Shown: positions 48,653 to 58,674, counted from the first letter of the stretch. The stretch: 64,000 nucleotides of DNA from Candidatus Latescibacterota bacterium (GCA_963422735.1 OY730476.1:2304001-2368000), one strand, 5' to 3'. A program made the numbers and translations. The notes: generated from the letters alone by a model not told the origin.

Positions 48653-49624
48653 CTATCTATGGCTCTGCCGATAGTGTCGCCTGAGCATATCCTCGCCAAA
48701 GTCGTTGTTCAAGTCGCGCCAGACCGCGTGGATGTGGTTGGCGTCGTTTTGGGTGTTGTCGTACTCGGCTAGAAAACTCGGCCCCTGCACCCGGTAGTAG
48801 TGCGGTCCCCCTCGTTCCTCCGCGCCGGCCCAAGCAAAGTGCGCTGCCTGTAAATCTGCTGCTCCGAGCCGCGCCCATTCGGCCTCGGCCACTATCTCGG
48901 GCAGGCGCCGGACGTACACTTCGATCAAGGCGTCTAGAATCTGGCGCTGCGCGCCGCTCATATCCGCGCTGCCCAAGCCCTCCGGAGCGACCTCGCCGCG
49001 CACGTGGGGCACGTTGGTCGTGAGGATGTCTCTTGGGGCCTCCGCACGGACGACAGCCATTGCTTTCTGCTCGCCGTCCAACTCGTGCAAAAGCTGCCGC
49101 CCCAGATCTTCCTCCTCCCGCAAAGCCCGCAGCCCAGCTTGCTCGCCGTGGCGCACCTCGGCGGGGTTTGAGCCAAAAAACAACGGCGTCGATCCCAGTA
49201 TCCGACCTTCTATTACCGTGTGATTGAGCGAGACGTGGTGGCCCTCAAAGCGCCAGCCCCAGGGCGTGCCTCCGCTAGGCTCGCCGAAAATGCTCACGTA
49301 GTACAGCTCGGGGTCGCGTCGGAAGCGCCGCCCCGCCCCCTCCAACTCGGCCAGTATTGGCTCCAGCGAAATGATCGTCGAGACTTTTTCGTACCCCGAC
49401 GCGCTGACTCCGGTTGCTACCAGCGCGTGCGCTAGCTCCCGCTGTAGCCCGTCCATTTCCTTTAGCGGCAATCCGGCTCGCTCCCTCGGCACGTAGTGCC
49501 AATTTTTGCGCTCCGTGCTGGCGGCAAAATCGATCACCACCTTCTGCCGCCTGGCCGCATCTAAGGATGCGAGGAAATTGCTGGCGGCCTCAGCCATGCG
49601 CTGTGCTGTATTGGTTTGGTCCAT
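48653..49624 (-). CDS. DUF3500 family protein
   Basis: WHYVPRER.GL, WGWRFEGHHVSLN, PHYYRVQGP, EYDNTQNDANHIHAVWRD. Confidence 0.9.
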   Translation of the reverse strand: MDQTNTAQRMAEAASNFLASLDAARRQKVVIDFAASTERKNWHYVPRERAGLPLKEMDGLQRELAHALVATGVSASGYEKVSTIISLEPILAELEGAGRRFRRDPELYYVSIFGEPSGGTPWGWRFEGHHVSLNHTVIEGRILGSTPLFFGSNPAEVRHGEQAGLRALREEEDLGRQLLHELDGEQKAMAVVRAEAPRDILTTNVPHVRGEVAPEGLGSADMSGAQRQILDALIEVYVRRLPEIVAEAEWARLGAADLQAAHFAWAGAEERGGPHYYRVQGPSFLAEYDNTQNDANHIHAVWRDLNNDFGEDMLRRHYRQSHR

Positions 49625-49635
49625 GATTTCCTTTC

Positions 49636-50439
49636 TCAAGTCGGCCGGCGCACCGACAAATCGTCGTGCAAGTCGATGGTAGTGTACTCTTTGTATGCTT
49701 GCTTCACGGCGATGCGCACAAACTCCAGCTTTTCCGGCCCGGGATTGTAGATGCCGTGCCCCTGCCCAATACCCTGCCAAGTAACCGATCCCGGCCTCAC
49801 CGCAAAGGTCTCGTCGGCAATCGTCATCAGCCCTTGTCCTGTCAGCACCACAAAGCTCTCTTCGAGAAAGTCGTGATAGTGATACCCTACCGATCCCCCT
49901 GCGTCGAGGATCGCGTGGTCGAGAAAGGTCCAGTCGCTGTAGAAATCATCGAGCGAGAGCACGTGCCGGGTGGCAATCTGTCCACAGCCGCCGTGGATTG
50001 CATTGCGCCATTTTAGTGCTTGCTCGTCAAAGGTACCAGCCTTGGGCTGCAGATCTGGCGTCTCGTCCATTTTGACGCCCTCAAACCAGTCGGCTAGGCG
50101 TTGTTGCGTCTCTGCATCCACGGCCCTCGCAACGCGTACGCGCAGCACATGCACAAACGTGTTGGTCAAGTTTTTCAGTGCGTGATCGCACCCGGTAGGT
50201 TCGACGATAAACCCAAGCTCTGCTCCGCTTTCTACTCGCTGCTGCCGTACGGTCAACTCCACCGGTCCGCCCGCAAAAATATAACCCTGTTCACAAGCTA
50301 TTCCTATACTTTCCACCGAGCGCGTTTCCCTAGGTGCCAATGCCCAATAGTCGAATGCGAACCACGGCGTCTGTCGCTGCAACCCCGAAAAGACCGGGCC
50401 ACCCTCTTGGTCCAACTCATTGAGACGGATGTGCTTCAT
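49636..50439 (-). CDS. Bicupin protein
   Basis: HGGCG; GYHYHDFLEESF...HGIYN cupin motifs. Confidence 0.8.
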   Translation of the reverse strand: MKHIRLNELDQEGGPVFSGLQRQTPWFAFDYWALAPRETRSVESIGIACEQGYIFAGGPVELTVRQQRVESGAELGFIVEPTGCDHALKNLTNTFVHVLRVRVARAVDAETQQRLADWFEGVKMDETPDLQPKAGTFDEQALKWRNAIHGGCGQIATRHVLSLDDFYSDWTFLDHAILDAGGSVGYHYHDFLEESFVVLTGQGLMTIADETFAVRPGSVTWQGIGQGHGIYNPGPEKLEFVRIAVKQAYKEYTTIDLHDDLSVRRPT

Positions 50440-50565
50440 GCTTTTCTCTCGCTATCCTCCTCTGCGCCACGTAAACTACGCATCTCAATCCCCCTTCACA
50501 AACCCTTGACGCCCTCCCTTTCAACCCCCAACATAAACGTCTATCCCTACACGGAGCCACCTAGA

Positions 50566-51666
50566 TTGCCTACACAAAAAGAACCCATCCGCGTCGCCGT
50601 TCTCGGCCAAGGCCGCTCCGGCCTCGACATCCACTGCCGCTACTTCAAAACCGTCCCGCACAAATACCAAATAGTCGCCATCGCTGACCTCTTAGACGAC
50701 CGTCGCCAGCGCGCCCAAAGCGAAATGGGCTGCGACACCTACGCCGACTACCACGACCTCCTCACACGCGGCGACATCGACTTGGTCGTCAACGCTCTAC
50801 CTAGTCATCTCCATCCTCAAGCCACCATCGATTCGCTCAGCACCGGCCACCACACCATCTGCGAAAAACCCCTCGCCTCGAGCGTGGCCGAACTCGACAA
50901 CATGATCGCCGCCAGCCGCAAGGCCGGCCGCCTACTTCTACCCTTCCAGCAGTCGCGCAACGCGCCCCAATTCCAAAAGATGATCCAAGTCATTGAGTCG
51001 GGCGTCCTCGGCCGCATCGTCCAAATCTCGATCTCCTTCAGCGGCTTTGCCCGCCGATGGGACTGGCAGACCTTGCAGGAATACCGGGGCGGCAACCTGC
51101 TCAACACCGGCCCGCACCCCATCGACCAAGCCATGCGCCTGCTCGACTTCAAAAAGCCGGATCACATCCTCTGCGCCATGGATCGCGCTAACACCTTTGG
51201 CGACGCCGAGGACTACGTCAAAATTCTGCTGCGCACCAAAGGCAAACCCGTTATCGACGTCGAAATCTCCTCCTGCACCACCATCCCGCAGCCCATGTAC
51301 ACCGTCCACGGCGAGCGCGGCGGCCTCTCCGGCGGCCCTGCGGGCCTGACTTGGCACTACTACGATCCGCAAACAGCACCCAAGCAAACGCTCACCCGTA
51401 GCCCATTGCCCGGCCCGAGCTATTGCCGCGAAGATCTAGCAATGATCGAGCGGTCTTGGACTCCGGACAAGGCCGAGCAAAACGCATTTGCCTATATGTC
51501 CAACGCCTATTACGACGGCGTATTCGCCGTGTTGTGGGAAGAAGCCCAACCCGAGATCACGCTGCAACAGGTGCGCGTCCAGATTGCCGTCATCGAAGAG
51601 TGTCACCGCCAAAACCGCCTCTCCCAACTGCCGCCCCAAGGTTGGCCAAAGGAATGCGCAACATGA
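50566..51666 (+). CDS. Gfo/Idh/MocA oxidoreductase
   Basis: LGQGRSG, CEKP, GGNLLNTGPHPIDQ; TTG start at 50566 after GGAG. Confidence 0.88.
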   Translation: MPTQKEPIRVAVLGQGRSGLDIHCRYFKTVPHKYQIVAIADLLDDRRQRAQSEMGCDTYADYHDLLTRGDIDLVVNALPSHLHPQATIDSLSTGHHTICEKPLASSVAELDNMIAASRKAGRLLLPFQQSRNAPQFQKMIQVIESGVLGRIVQISISFSGFARRWDWQTLQEYRGGNLLNTGPHPIDQAMRLLDFKKPDHILCAMDRANTFGDAEDYVKILLRTKGKPVIDVEISSCTTIPQPMYTVHGERGGLSGGPAGLTWHYYDPQTAPKQTLTRSPLPGPSYCREDLAMIERSWTPDKAEQNAFAYMSNAYYDGVFAVLWEEAQPEITLQQVRVQIAVIEECHRQNRLSQLPPQGWPKECAT

Positions 51667-52688
51667 ACGCCGCCAAAGCAAACGCCCTCACCGCAGCCTG
51701 CGCCAAGCTACCCCGCGTCCAGCTAGCCTCAATCCGCCCCACCCCGCTAGAGCCGCTGCCGCGCCTAACCGCCCACCTCGACAGCCCTGCACTCTACATC
51801 AAGCGCGACGACCTGACCGGTTTGGCCTTTGGCGGCAACAAGACGCGGATGTTCGAGTTTGCCTTGGCCGACGCCTTGGCCAAAGGCGCCGACACCATCG
51901 TCTCGGGCGCGGCCGTGCAGTCCAACTACTGTCGCCAACTCGCCGCGGCCTGCGCCAAGCTGGACTTGGAACTCCACCTGATTCTCCGGCCGGTGCGCGC
52001 AATTGACCAAACCCAATCGCAAGGCAACAACCTGCTACAGCACCTGCTTGGCGCACAGATCACCGTCCTAGCGGAAGGCGATCCGCGCGGCCAACAAGGC
52101 GCTCTCCAAGCCAAGGTCGAGGAGCTTTCCGCACAGGGGAAAAACGCGTACTGGCCGCGCCGAGAAGATACTATCGACCTCGACGCCATCGCCTATGCCG
52201 AAGTGGGTGTGGAGATTGCCCACCAATGCCAAGAGCAAGGCATCAATCCGTCCTACCTTTATCTCAGTGCCCTCGACACCACCCAGGCTGGCGTGGCATT
52301 GGGCCTAGCCTATATCGAGTCGCCAATTCAAGTGCGCGGCTTCTGCCCAATCGCCAAAGTCGAGAACCGCCACGCGGACATGGCCACTATCGCCAACCAA
52401 GCCGCCCGCCGCCTCGGCCTCGACTTTGCCATGAGCATTGCCGACTTTGACAACGACGATTCCTTCGTCGGCGAGGGGTACGGCATCCCCACTCCCGCCG
52501 GCTTGGATGCCCTGCACACCTTGGCGCGCAAAGAGGGCATTCTCCTCGATCCTGTGTACACCAGCAAGGCCCTCGCCGGCCTTTTTGCCCACGCACGCGA
52601 CGGCAGGCTTGACGGCGAGGCGATCTTCCTGCACACCGGCGGCAACCCCGCCCTGTTCGCCTATGCTCAAGAAGTGCTCGCCGACTGA
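51663..52688 (+). CDS. PLP-dependent D-cysteine desulfhydrase / ACC deaminase / cysteate sulfo-lyase family enzyme
   Basis: KRDDLTGLAFGGNKTR, QSN, EGILLDPVYTSKA, FLHTGG. Confidence 0.88.
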   Translation: MNAAKANALTAACAKLPRVQLASIRPTPLEPLPRLTAHLDSPALYIKRDDLTGLAFGGNKTRMFEFALADALAKGADTIVSGAAVQSNYCRQLAAACAKLDLELHLILRPVRAIDQTQSQGNNLLQHLLGAQITVLAEGDPRGQQGALQAKVEELSAQGKNAYWPRREDTIDLDAIAYAEVGVEIAHQCQEQGINPSYLYLSALDTTQAGVALGLAYIESPIQVRGFCPIAKVENRHADMATIANQAARRLGLDFAMSIADFDNDDSFVGEGYGIPTPAGLDALHTLARKEGILLDPVYTSKALAGLFAHARDGRLDGEAIFLHTGGNPALFAYAQEVLAD

Positions 52689-53408
52689 ATGGATCCCTTT
52701 TTCCTGATCGGCGTCTCCTTCCTGACCTCGACCTTTACCGCCATCATCGGCGTGGGCGGCGGTATTGCGCTGATCTCGGTTATGCCGGGCTTTCTGCCCG
52801 CCGCTGCCATCATTCCCGTCCACGGTGCTGTGCAGCTAGCCTCCAACGCCAGCCGCGTATTCTTTGGCCTGCGCCACATCGAATGGCGCATCTTTTGGCC
52901 CTTCTCGGGCGGTGCAGTCCTCGGAACCGTCGTGGGAGCGCAGATCGTCGGTGTCTTTAGCTTTGACAACCTCCCCCTGTACCTAGGTGTCTTCATCCTC
53001 CTCGTCACTTGGGTTCCCGTGCCCAAACGCGCTTTTCGCCTCCCCGGCCACTTTGCCATCTTCGGTGCCCTTCAGACCTTCCTCGCCCTCTTCGTCGGCG
53101 TCGCTGGGCCCCTGACCGGTGCCTTCTTAGCCAGCGCGGGTTTGCCCAAGGACCGCTTGGTCATCACCCACGGTACGGTCATGGCCGTCACCCATTTGTG
53201 CAAAATTTTGGCCTTCGGCTTTGTCGGCTTCGCCTTCGCGCCCTACTTGCCGCTCATCGCCGGGATGCTTGGCACGGCGACGCTTGGCTCGTGGTGCGGG
53301 ACGCGCTTGCGCGACCAGGTTTCCGAAAGCCTCTTCCGCAAGATCTTCCGCATAGTGATCACGCTCCTTTCGCTGCGCATGATCGCAGAGGCGCTCTGTT
53401 CAGTGTAA
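52689..53408 (+). CDS. TauE/SafE sulfite exporter family protein
   Basis: GVGGG, AIIPVHGAVQLASN.SR, GVAGP; multiple TM helices. Confidence 0.85.
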   Translation: MDPFFLIGVSFLTSTFTAIIGVGGGIALISVMPGFLPAAAIIPVHGAVQLASNASRVFFGLRHIEWRIFWPFSGGAVLGTVVGAQIVGVFSFDNLPLYLGVFILLVTWVPVPKRAFRLPGHFAIFGALQTFLALFVGVAGPLTGAFLASAGLPKDRLVITHGTVMAVTHLCKILAFGFVGFAFAPYLPLIAGMLGTATLGSWCGTRLRDQVSESLFRKIFRIVITLLSLRMIAEALCSV

Positions 53409-53513
53409 TCTCCGCTTCTTATTGGACACTTGCGCCTTGCCAGTTAGCAGCGGTCGTTTGCAGAAGCAAACTTTGCGGGCTTATCTTAAATATCCTTTGT
53501 AAAGGAGGCCCCT

Positions 53514-54254
53514 ATGAACGAACTCGAACAAGCCATCCAAGAAATCGAACTCTACGGCTTCACCCTGCTCGAAAGCGTCCTCGACACCGATACCGCCACC
53601 GCTATGCGCCAAGCCCTAATCCGCTGCGAACAAGAGCACGGCACTGAACACACTCACCGCGGCCCGGCCCGCCATGTGGCCAACCTCCCGGTCATGGATC
53701 GCATCTTCCACCAGTGTATTGACCACCCTCGCGTCTTGCCCATCCTCGAACACTTTCTCGAGCCCTCGCTGATTTTGGGTAGCCTCAACTCGCGCATTGT
53801 ACGCCCCGGCGACGGCTACCAAGACCTGCACAGCGACATCCCGGCCTACATGCTCAATATGAACACGCCGGTGATGATGAATACCGTGTGGATGCTCGAC
53901 GACTTCAGCCCCGCGATCGGCGGCACTCGCGTGGTGCCTGGCTCGCACAAGCGCGGCCTCGCCGCTCCCCCGGAGGGATTTGCGGTACAGCACGAGGTGC
54001 AGCCCACAGCCCCGGCCGGCTCGGTGATTGTCTTCAACGGCCAGTGCTGGCACGGCGGCGGTGCCAACACCAGTGACCGCAACCGCCACGCCCTCTTCGG
54101 ACACTATAGAAAGCACATGTTGGTCTTCCAGCTCGACCCGCACGACGGCTTCCCGCCGGAATGGTACGATGGCTTGAGCCAGCGTCAGCGCCAGCTAATG
54201 CGGATGCAGCACGGCCCCGGTGTCCCCCACGCGGCCGACGTTCATTTCCGCTAG
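53514..54254 (+). CDS. PhyH-family Fe(II)/2-oxoglutarate dioxygenase
   Basis: LHSD (HxD), WMLDDF, VVPGSH, WHGGGAN..R. Confidence 0.9.
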   Translation: MNELEQAIQEIELYGFTLLESVLDTDTATAMRQALIRCEQEHGTEHTHRGPARHVANLPVMDRIFHQCIDHPRVLPILEHFLEPSLILGSLNSRIVRPGDGYQDLHSDIPAYMLNMNTPVMMNTVWMLDDFSPAIGGTRVVPGSHKRGLAAPPEGFAVQHEVQPTAPAGSVIVFNGQCWHGGGANTSDRNRHALFGHYRKHMLVFQLDPHDGFPPEWYDGLSQRQRQLMRMQHGPGVPHAADVHFR

Positions 54255-54264
54255 GAGACAGGAC

Positions 54265-56316
54265 ATGCTGAGCACCCGCAGCTTCGCGCTCACCGTTGGT
54301 ATCGGGCTTCTGGCACCGGCCGCCCTAAAAGCCGAGGTGACGACCTGGCAACTCGGCGGCAGCCAGCCTTGGGCCGGCCAAGACACGGTCAGCATTATGA
54401 TCGACTTTGAGCGCGTCTCGGGTGCCATCCAGCCGGTGCGCGTCGAGCCGGGCGCCAACATCATCTCCCTGCTCGACAACTGGACGGCCTTCCGCCAGCC
54501 CAAAGAACTGGGCTATATCGACGGCGAGCGACCCCGCATCTGGAAGTGGAACGAGGGCAACGGCGATCCAACCGAAAACGGCGTCGCGCTCATCGATGCC
54601 GACAGCACCACGTACAACTCCTCCAAAGCCGAGGGCGTCGACAAGCAGTTTTTCACCATCGACTTGGCCGTGCCTATGCCGGCGCACATCTTCGGCTTCC
54701 ACACTCCTTCGGGCGGCTTCCGCTCCGACGGTACGCCGCTGCGCACAGACTCGACGCCGGCCTTCCAAGTTTCGATCCAAGAGGAAAACAGCGAGATTTT
54801 CGCCATCAAAGGGCCGCAGCCCCTCGCCAGGATCGTCGCCGAGCCGACGCAAAATTTTGCGCCTGACGTGCGCATTGGTTTCGACCAGCAATACGTGCGC
54901 TTCTTCCGCTGGGCGCGCAAATTCTCCATCATTGACGAGACGGCCTTGACCCGCGTTAGCGGCACGGCCGGTGGCCAAGGCAATCAAGCCCGCTCGCTCT
55001 TGGGCACCATTAGCGAATTTGAGGTCTATGGCGCGGGCTTTCCCAAGCGAGCCACGTACCGCTCCAAAATCATCGACCTCGGAGCTGAGCAAAACTTTGG
55101 TCGGCTATTCTTTACCGCCACGCCGATGCGCTTTGTCGATGGCGAGGCCGTCGAAACACCCGATGCACGGGCTTTCGTCGAGGTCGAGGTTCGCACGGGA
55201 CGAGACGACGACCCGAACATTTATCGCGAATACACGGTCACCGGCAAAGAGAAGGTCGTCTCCCGTGCCCGCTACGAGAATGATCTCCGCACTGGGTTCG
55301 CACGCACGTGCGCTTCCTGTGATTTCGTCCAGCGCAGTCCCCGGCCTGGAATGCGAGCCGGAGTTACCTACGACAGCGATAACTGGACCTTCTGGTCGAC
55401 GCCCACGGCCCAGTCGGGCCTGCCGCTCAACCTCGACAGTGGCTCCTTCATCCAAGTGTTCATCACTTTTCACAGCACCCGCTTTGAGGATTTTGTGCGC
55501 TTGGACTCACTGTGGGTTGAGCGGGCACCGCTGTTGGCAGCGCGCGTCCTCGGCGAAGTGGCCCCGCTCGCCAACCCGCGGCCCGCGCACGGATTCGGCG
55601 AGGTGTCCCTGGGCGAAATGGTCGAGTTTGCGTACGACCTGTCGGCCTCCTTCTCAGGGGGGAATCAGCGCGGCTTCGACCAAGTGCATATCCACACGGG
55701 TGCCCAGCCCGAGTTCAAAGAGTTGCTCGTCGGCGGCCAAGCGACCGATCCAGCCGCCGTCTGCGAAGAGGACGACGGGCTAACGTTGATTCTGCCTGAG
55801 CGCGTCACTCGCGCCAACAACGCGCCGTTGCGCATCGTCTTTGCAGCGGAAGTCTTTGAGCTAGCCACCACGTTCTTGGGCACAATCACCGATTCAGAGG
55901 CCGCGACCCTGCCCCAACCCATCGTCTCTGGCGACGCCAGCGAATTGCTCTCTACCAATAGCCTGCGCGTCCTCAGCTCTTCGGATCAGCAACCTGCTCT
56001 GTTGCAAAACTTGCGCTTTTCAACACCGGTGTTGACGCCCAATGGCGACGGCGTTCACGACGAGCTCCGCACGGCCTATGCCCTCTATGGCCTGCCGGAA
56101 GAAGTGCCCGTCGAATTGGCGGTCTATGCGCTCGACGGACGCCGCGTGGCGACCCTGTCTCAAGGCTGGCAAACGGCCGGCCCGCAAACGGCGCTTTGGG
56201 ACGGACGCGATGCAGAGGGCCGCGTCCTGCCTCCGGGCGTGTACCTAGTCTCCGTAGCCCTACAATCCGAGCGCGGCACTGCCGCCGTACTCCGCCCCTT
56301 GGGCATAGCTTACTAA
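54265..56316 (+). CDS. Secreted FlgD-tailed protein, type A (paralog of 39184..41181)
   Basis: WQLGG..W, ELGYIDG, GFRSDG, RTGRDDDP, WTFWSTP; LTPNGDGVHD...PLGIAY. Confidence 0.8.
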   Translation: MLSTRSFALTVGIGLLAPAALKAEVTTWQLGGSQPWAGQDTVSIMIDFERVSGAIQPVRVEPGANIISLLDNWTAFRQPKELGYIDGERPRIWKWNEGNGDPTENGVALIDADSTTYNSSKAEGVDKQFFTIDLAVPMPAHIFGFHTPSGGFRSDGTPLRTDSTPAFQVSIQEENSEIFAIKGPQPLARIVAEPTQNFAPDVRIGFDQQYVRFFRWARKFSIIDETALTRVSGTAGGQGNQARSLLGTISEFEVYGAGFPKRATYRSKIIDLGAEQNFGRLFFTATPMRFVDGEAVETPDARAFVEVEVRTGRDDDPNIYREYTVTGKEKVVSRARYENDLRTGFARTCASCDFVQRSPRPGMRAGVTYDSDNWTFWSTPTAQSGLPLNLDSGSFIQVFITFHSTRFEDFVRLDSLWVERAPLLAARVLGEVAPLANPRPAHGFGEVSLGEMVEFAYDLSASFSGGNQRGFDQVHIHTGAQPEFKELLVGGQATDPAAVCEEDDGLTLILPERVTRANNAPLRIVFAAEVFELATTFLGTITDSEAATLPQPIVSGDASELLSTNSLRVLSSSDQQPALLQNLRFSTPVLTPNGDGVHDELRTAYALYGLPEEVPVELAVYALDGRRVATLSQGWQTAGPQTALWDGRDAEGRVLPPGVYLVSVALQSERGTAAVLRPLGIAY

Positions 56317-56328
56317 GGGAAGGGAACG

Positions 56329-58674
56329 ATGCGAGTTCTTTTACCGCTCGTCTTCGTCGCGTTTGTCGCCATTACTGCCAGCAGCGAAACCTTGACCTTC
56401 CAAGGCCGAGATGCTTGGGCGACTTGGCAGGTACCCTTCGGCCTGATCGAGGTGGGCGAGAATGGCCAACTACAACTCGTCAAGTTCCGCAAGAACATCA
56501 ACGCGGTCGCTGATGCCCATCGCTTCTCCTACGAAAGCAAGAGCCGCGGTCGAGTTACGGGTGGCATCTGGGAGGCGACCTCCAATCCTGCCGATGCAGA
56601 CTACATCATCGACGGGGATCTCCAGACCTTCTGGCGTCCAGACCCGGCGGACGCCGTTGAGGACTGGGCCATTGAAATAGACTTGGGCCGCGCCGTGCTG
56701 GCCCGGGAGATACGCCTCGTTTTTCCCGACGAGGAGGGGGCGCGTCCCTTTCGTCAATTTACCGTGTACGGCAGCACGGGAACCCGCATCTCGGTCCAAG
56801 ACGACATGGTGCTGCTGGACCCGCTCTTCCGCACAACCCAGCCCAATGCAGCCAGCGAAATCGCTATCCCCTTAGGGTTCACTGCCCGCGACAGTGTATT
56901 TCAGCTCGACGAGGGCTTGGACGTCGATCCGGTGGCCAAAAACAACTATCGAGTGATCCAGCGCATTCGCATTGAGGCCGAAGAGAAGACCCCGGGCGCG
57001 GCCTTGGCCGAAATCGAGGTCCGCGGCATCGGCGACAACATCAGCATTGGCACCATGCAGCGGGGTCGCTTTGTCAACGGGGTCAATTCGGTCGATCCGC
57101 AAAATCTCTTCGACGCCGACATGAACACCAACAACCTAATCGGCTCTTCGTATGGCAGCCTCGGCTGGAAGGAGGGCGGGGTGTGGTTTGGCGTGGATTT
57201 GGGGGCGGTGTTCTTCGTCGATGAGCTCTTTCTCTATTCGTTTAGGCCAGACGAGGGCTTGGTGGGCTTCTCGATCAATGGCACCGGCCCGGGCCATACA
57301 GTGCTCTATTCGGACGGCACCCGCAGCTTCAGCTCTAACTTGCCCGTGCCCGATGCGTTTGACTACACAGAGCTTCTGACCCACATCAACCCCAACGCCG
57401 ACCGCCTGCTCTACATCCGCTATATGTTCAAGCCGCGCAAGATGCGCTACTTCTTCTGGCACGGCATCAGGGACACGGGCTGGGGCATCGTCAAATGGGC
57501 CGAGTTCATGCTCTTCTCCCCAGGCTATCCCGCAGAGGTTGTCTTGCAGTCAGATTTTGTGGACTTGGGCCAGCTCGTGGGCGATGGCCGTCCAAAAGTC
57601 ATCAAAAACCTCTCTTGGGACGCCGAGTTGGCCGCGGGCACCCGCCTGCAGTTGCGCTCGCGCTCGGGCAATTCGCTAGAGCCGGTCTATACCTTTTACA
57701 ACAAGATCGGCGAACAGGTCACCGAGGAGAAGTGGAAGAGTTCGCCCAAGGTGCTGCGCGGCCCGGTCGATACGACACTCGTGGTAGGCGAAGATTGGGG
57801 AGAATGGAGCAATGTCTATCAGTCCTCGAGCGAGGCATTCCAGTCGGAAAGTCCACGTCGCTTTATCCTACTGGAGATGATCCTCTCCACTGATGACCCA
57901 AGCGTGGCGCCGGTGGTCCATTCGCTCTCGGTCGAGTTTGAGGACGCGCTGTTGCAGGGCGCGGTGGGCCGCATTGACCCGCGCCAAGCCATCCCCAACG
58001 AGGACACCCGTTTCACCTATACGCTTTGGCCGCAGATGGAGGCCGAGGACTCGGGTTTCGACTTGTTGCGCTTTATCGTGCCGGGTCGGATTGACGCTGA
58101 GGGACTCGAGCTACACATCGGCTCTGCGCCGGTCGAGCCCGTCCGCGTCGAGCAGCGGGGCGATTCGCTGTTGGTCGCCCTGCCGCACATCGCGACCGAA
58201 GACTCGATTCGGGTGGGTTTCACTACGCGGGTTTTGCACAACGCCGCGGTTTTTTCCCTCGATCTCGGGCTGAGCGAGCGGCCCGGCCTCTGGCAGTCGG
58301 TCGAGCCCGCCGAGCGCCGCGCCCAAGTCGTCATGCTTCCCAAACTAGCCGAGCACGGCCAACTCATCGACGCACTGGGACTGGCCTCGCCCGCGATCAC
58401 GCCCAACGGCGACGGGATCAATGACGCGCTCGACATGCGCTTTGTGGTCTTTAAGTTAGACGCGACAACCCCCATGCTCTCGCTCTACGACCTAGCGGGC
58501 CGCCAAGTCGCCGAGGTCGAGGCCACGCCGACCGCAACAGGCCACCGCTTCACTTGGACGGCTCGCGACGAGTCGGGGGCCTTAGTCGCGCCAGGCATGT
58601 ATCTCTACCGCCTCGATTTGGGGGCCGAGTCCGGGCCGGGGACGCACACAGGACTCATTTCCGTCGTCTATTAG
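56329..58674 (+). CDS. Secreted FlgD-tailed protein, type B (paralog of 41193..43544)
   Basis: LVKFRK, EIDLGRAVLA, NKIGE.VTEEKW.SSPKVLRG; ITPNGDGIND...LISVVY. Confidence 0.8.
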   Translation: MRVLLPLVFVAFVAITASSETLTFQGRDAWATWQVPFGLIEVGENGQLQLVKFRKNINAVADAHRFSYESKSRGRVTGGIWEATSNPADADYIIDGDLQTFWRPDPADAVEDWAIEIDLGRAVLAREIRLVFPDEEGARPFRQFTVYGSTGTRISVQDDMVLLDPLFRTTQPNAASEIAIPLGFTARDSVFQLDEGLDVDPVAKNNYRVIQRIRIEAEEKTPGAALAEIEVRGIGDNISIGTMQRGRFVNGVNSVDPQNLFDADMNTNNLIGSSYGSLGWKEGGVWFGVDLGAVFFVDELFLYSFRPDEGLVGFSINGTGPGHTVLYSDGTRSFSSNLPVPDAFDYTELLTHINPNADRLLYIRYMFKPRKMRYFFWHGIRDTGWGIVKWAEFMLFSPGYPAEVVLQSDFVDLGQLVGDGRPKVIKNLSWDAELAAGTRLQLRSRSGNSLEPVYTFYNKIGEQVTEEKWKSSPKVLRGPVDTTLVVGEDWGEWSNVYQSSSEAFQSESPRRFILLEMILSTDDPSVAPVVHSLSVEFEDALLQGAVGRIDPRQAIPNEDTRFTYTLWPQMEAEDSGFDLLRFIVPGRIDAEGLELHIGSAPVEPVRVEQRGDSLLVALPHIATEDSIRVGFTTRVLHNAAVFSLDLGLSERPGLWQSVEPAERRAQVVMLPKLAEHGQLIDALGLASPAITPNGDGINDALDMRFVVFKLDATTPMLSLYDLAGRQVAEVEATPTATGHRFTWTARDESGALVAPGMYLYRLDLGAESGPGTHTGLISVVY

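Noticed and set aside
50101-50565. 155-aa N-terminal extension of the Gfo/Idh/MocA ORF
   Set aside because: It overlaps the opposite-strand cupin gene and the divergent promoter region; the Rossmann motif starts just after 50566.
39184-58674. Diversity-generating retroelement explaining paralog variation
   Set aside because: No reverse transcriptase is present. Differences between copies are mostly synonymous-position changes and loop indels, not adenine-specific TR/VR mismatches.
1360-58674. Flagellar locus (FlgD, FlgT and MotA-like similarities)
   Set aside because: The FlgD-like parts are C-terminal domains on signal-peptide proteins, the motor partners are ExbD-type rather than MotB, and no other flagellar genes are present.
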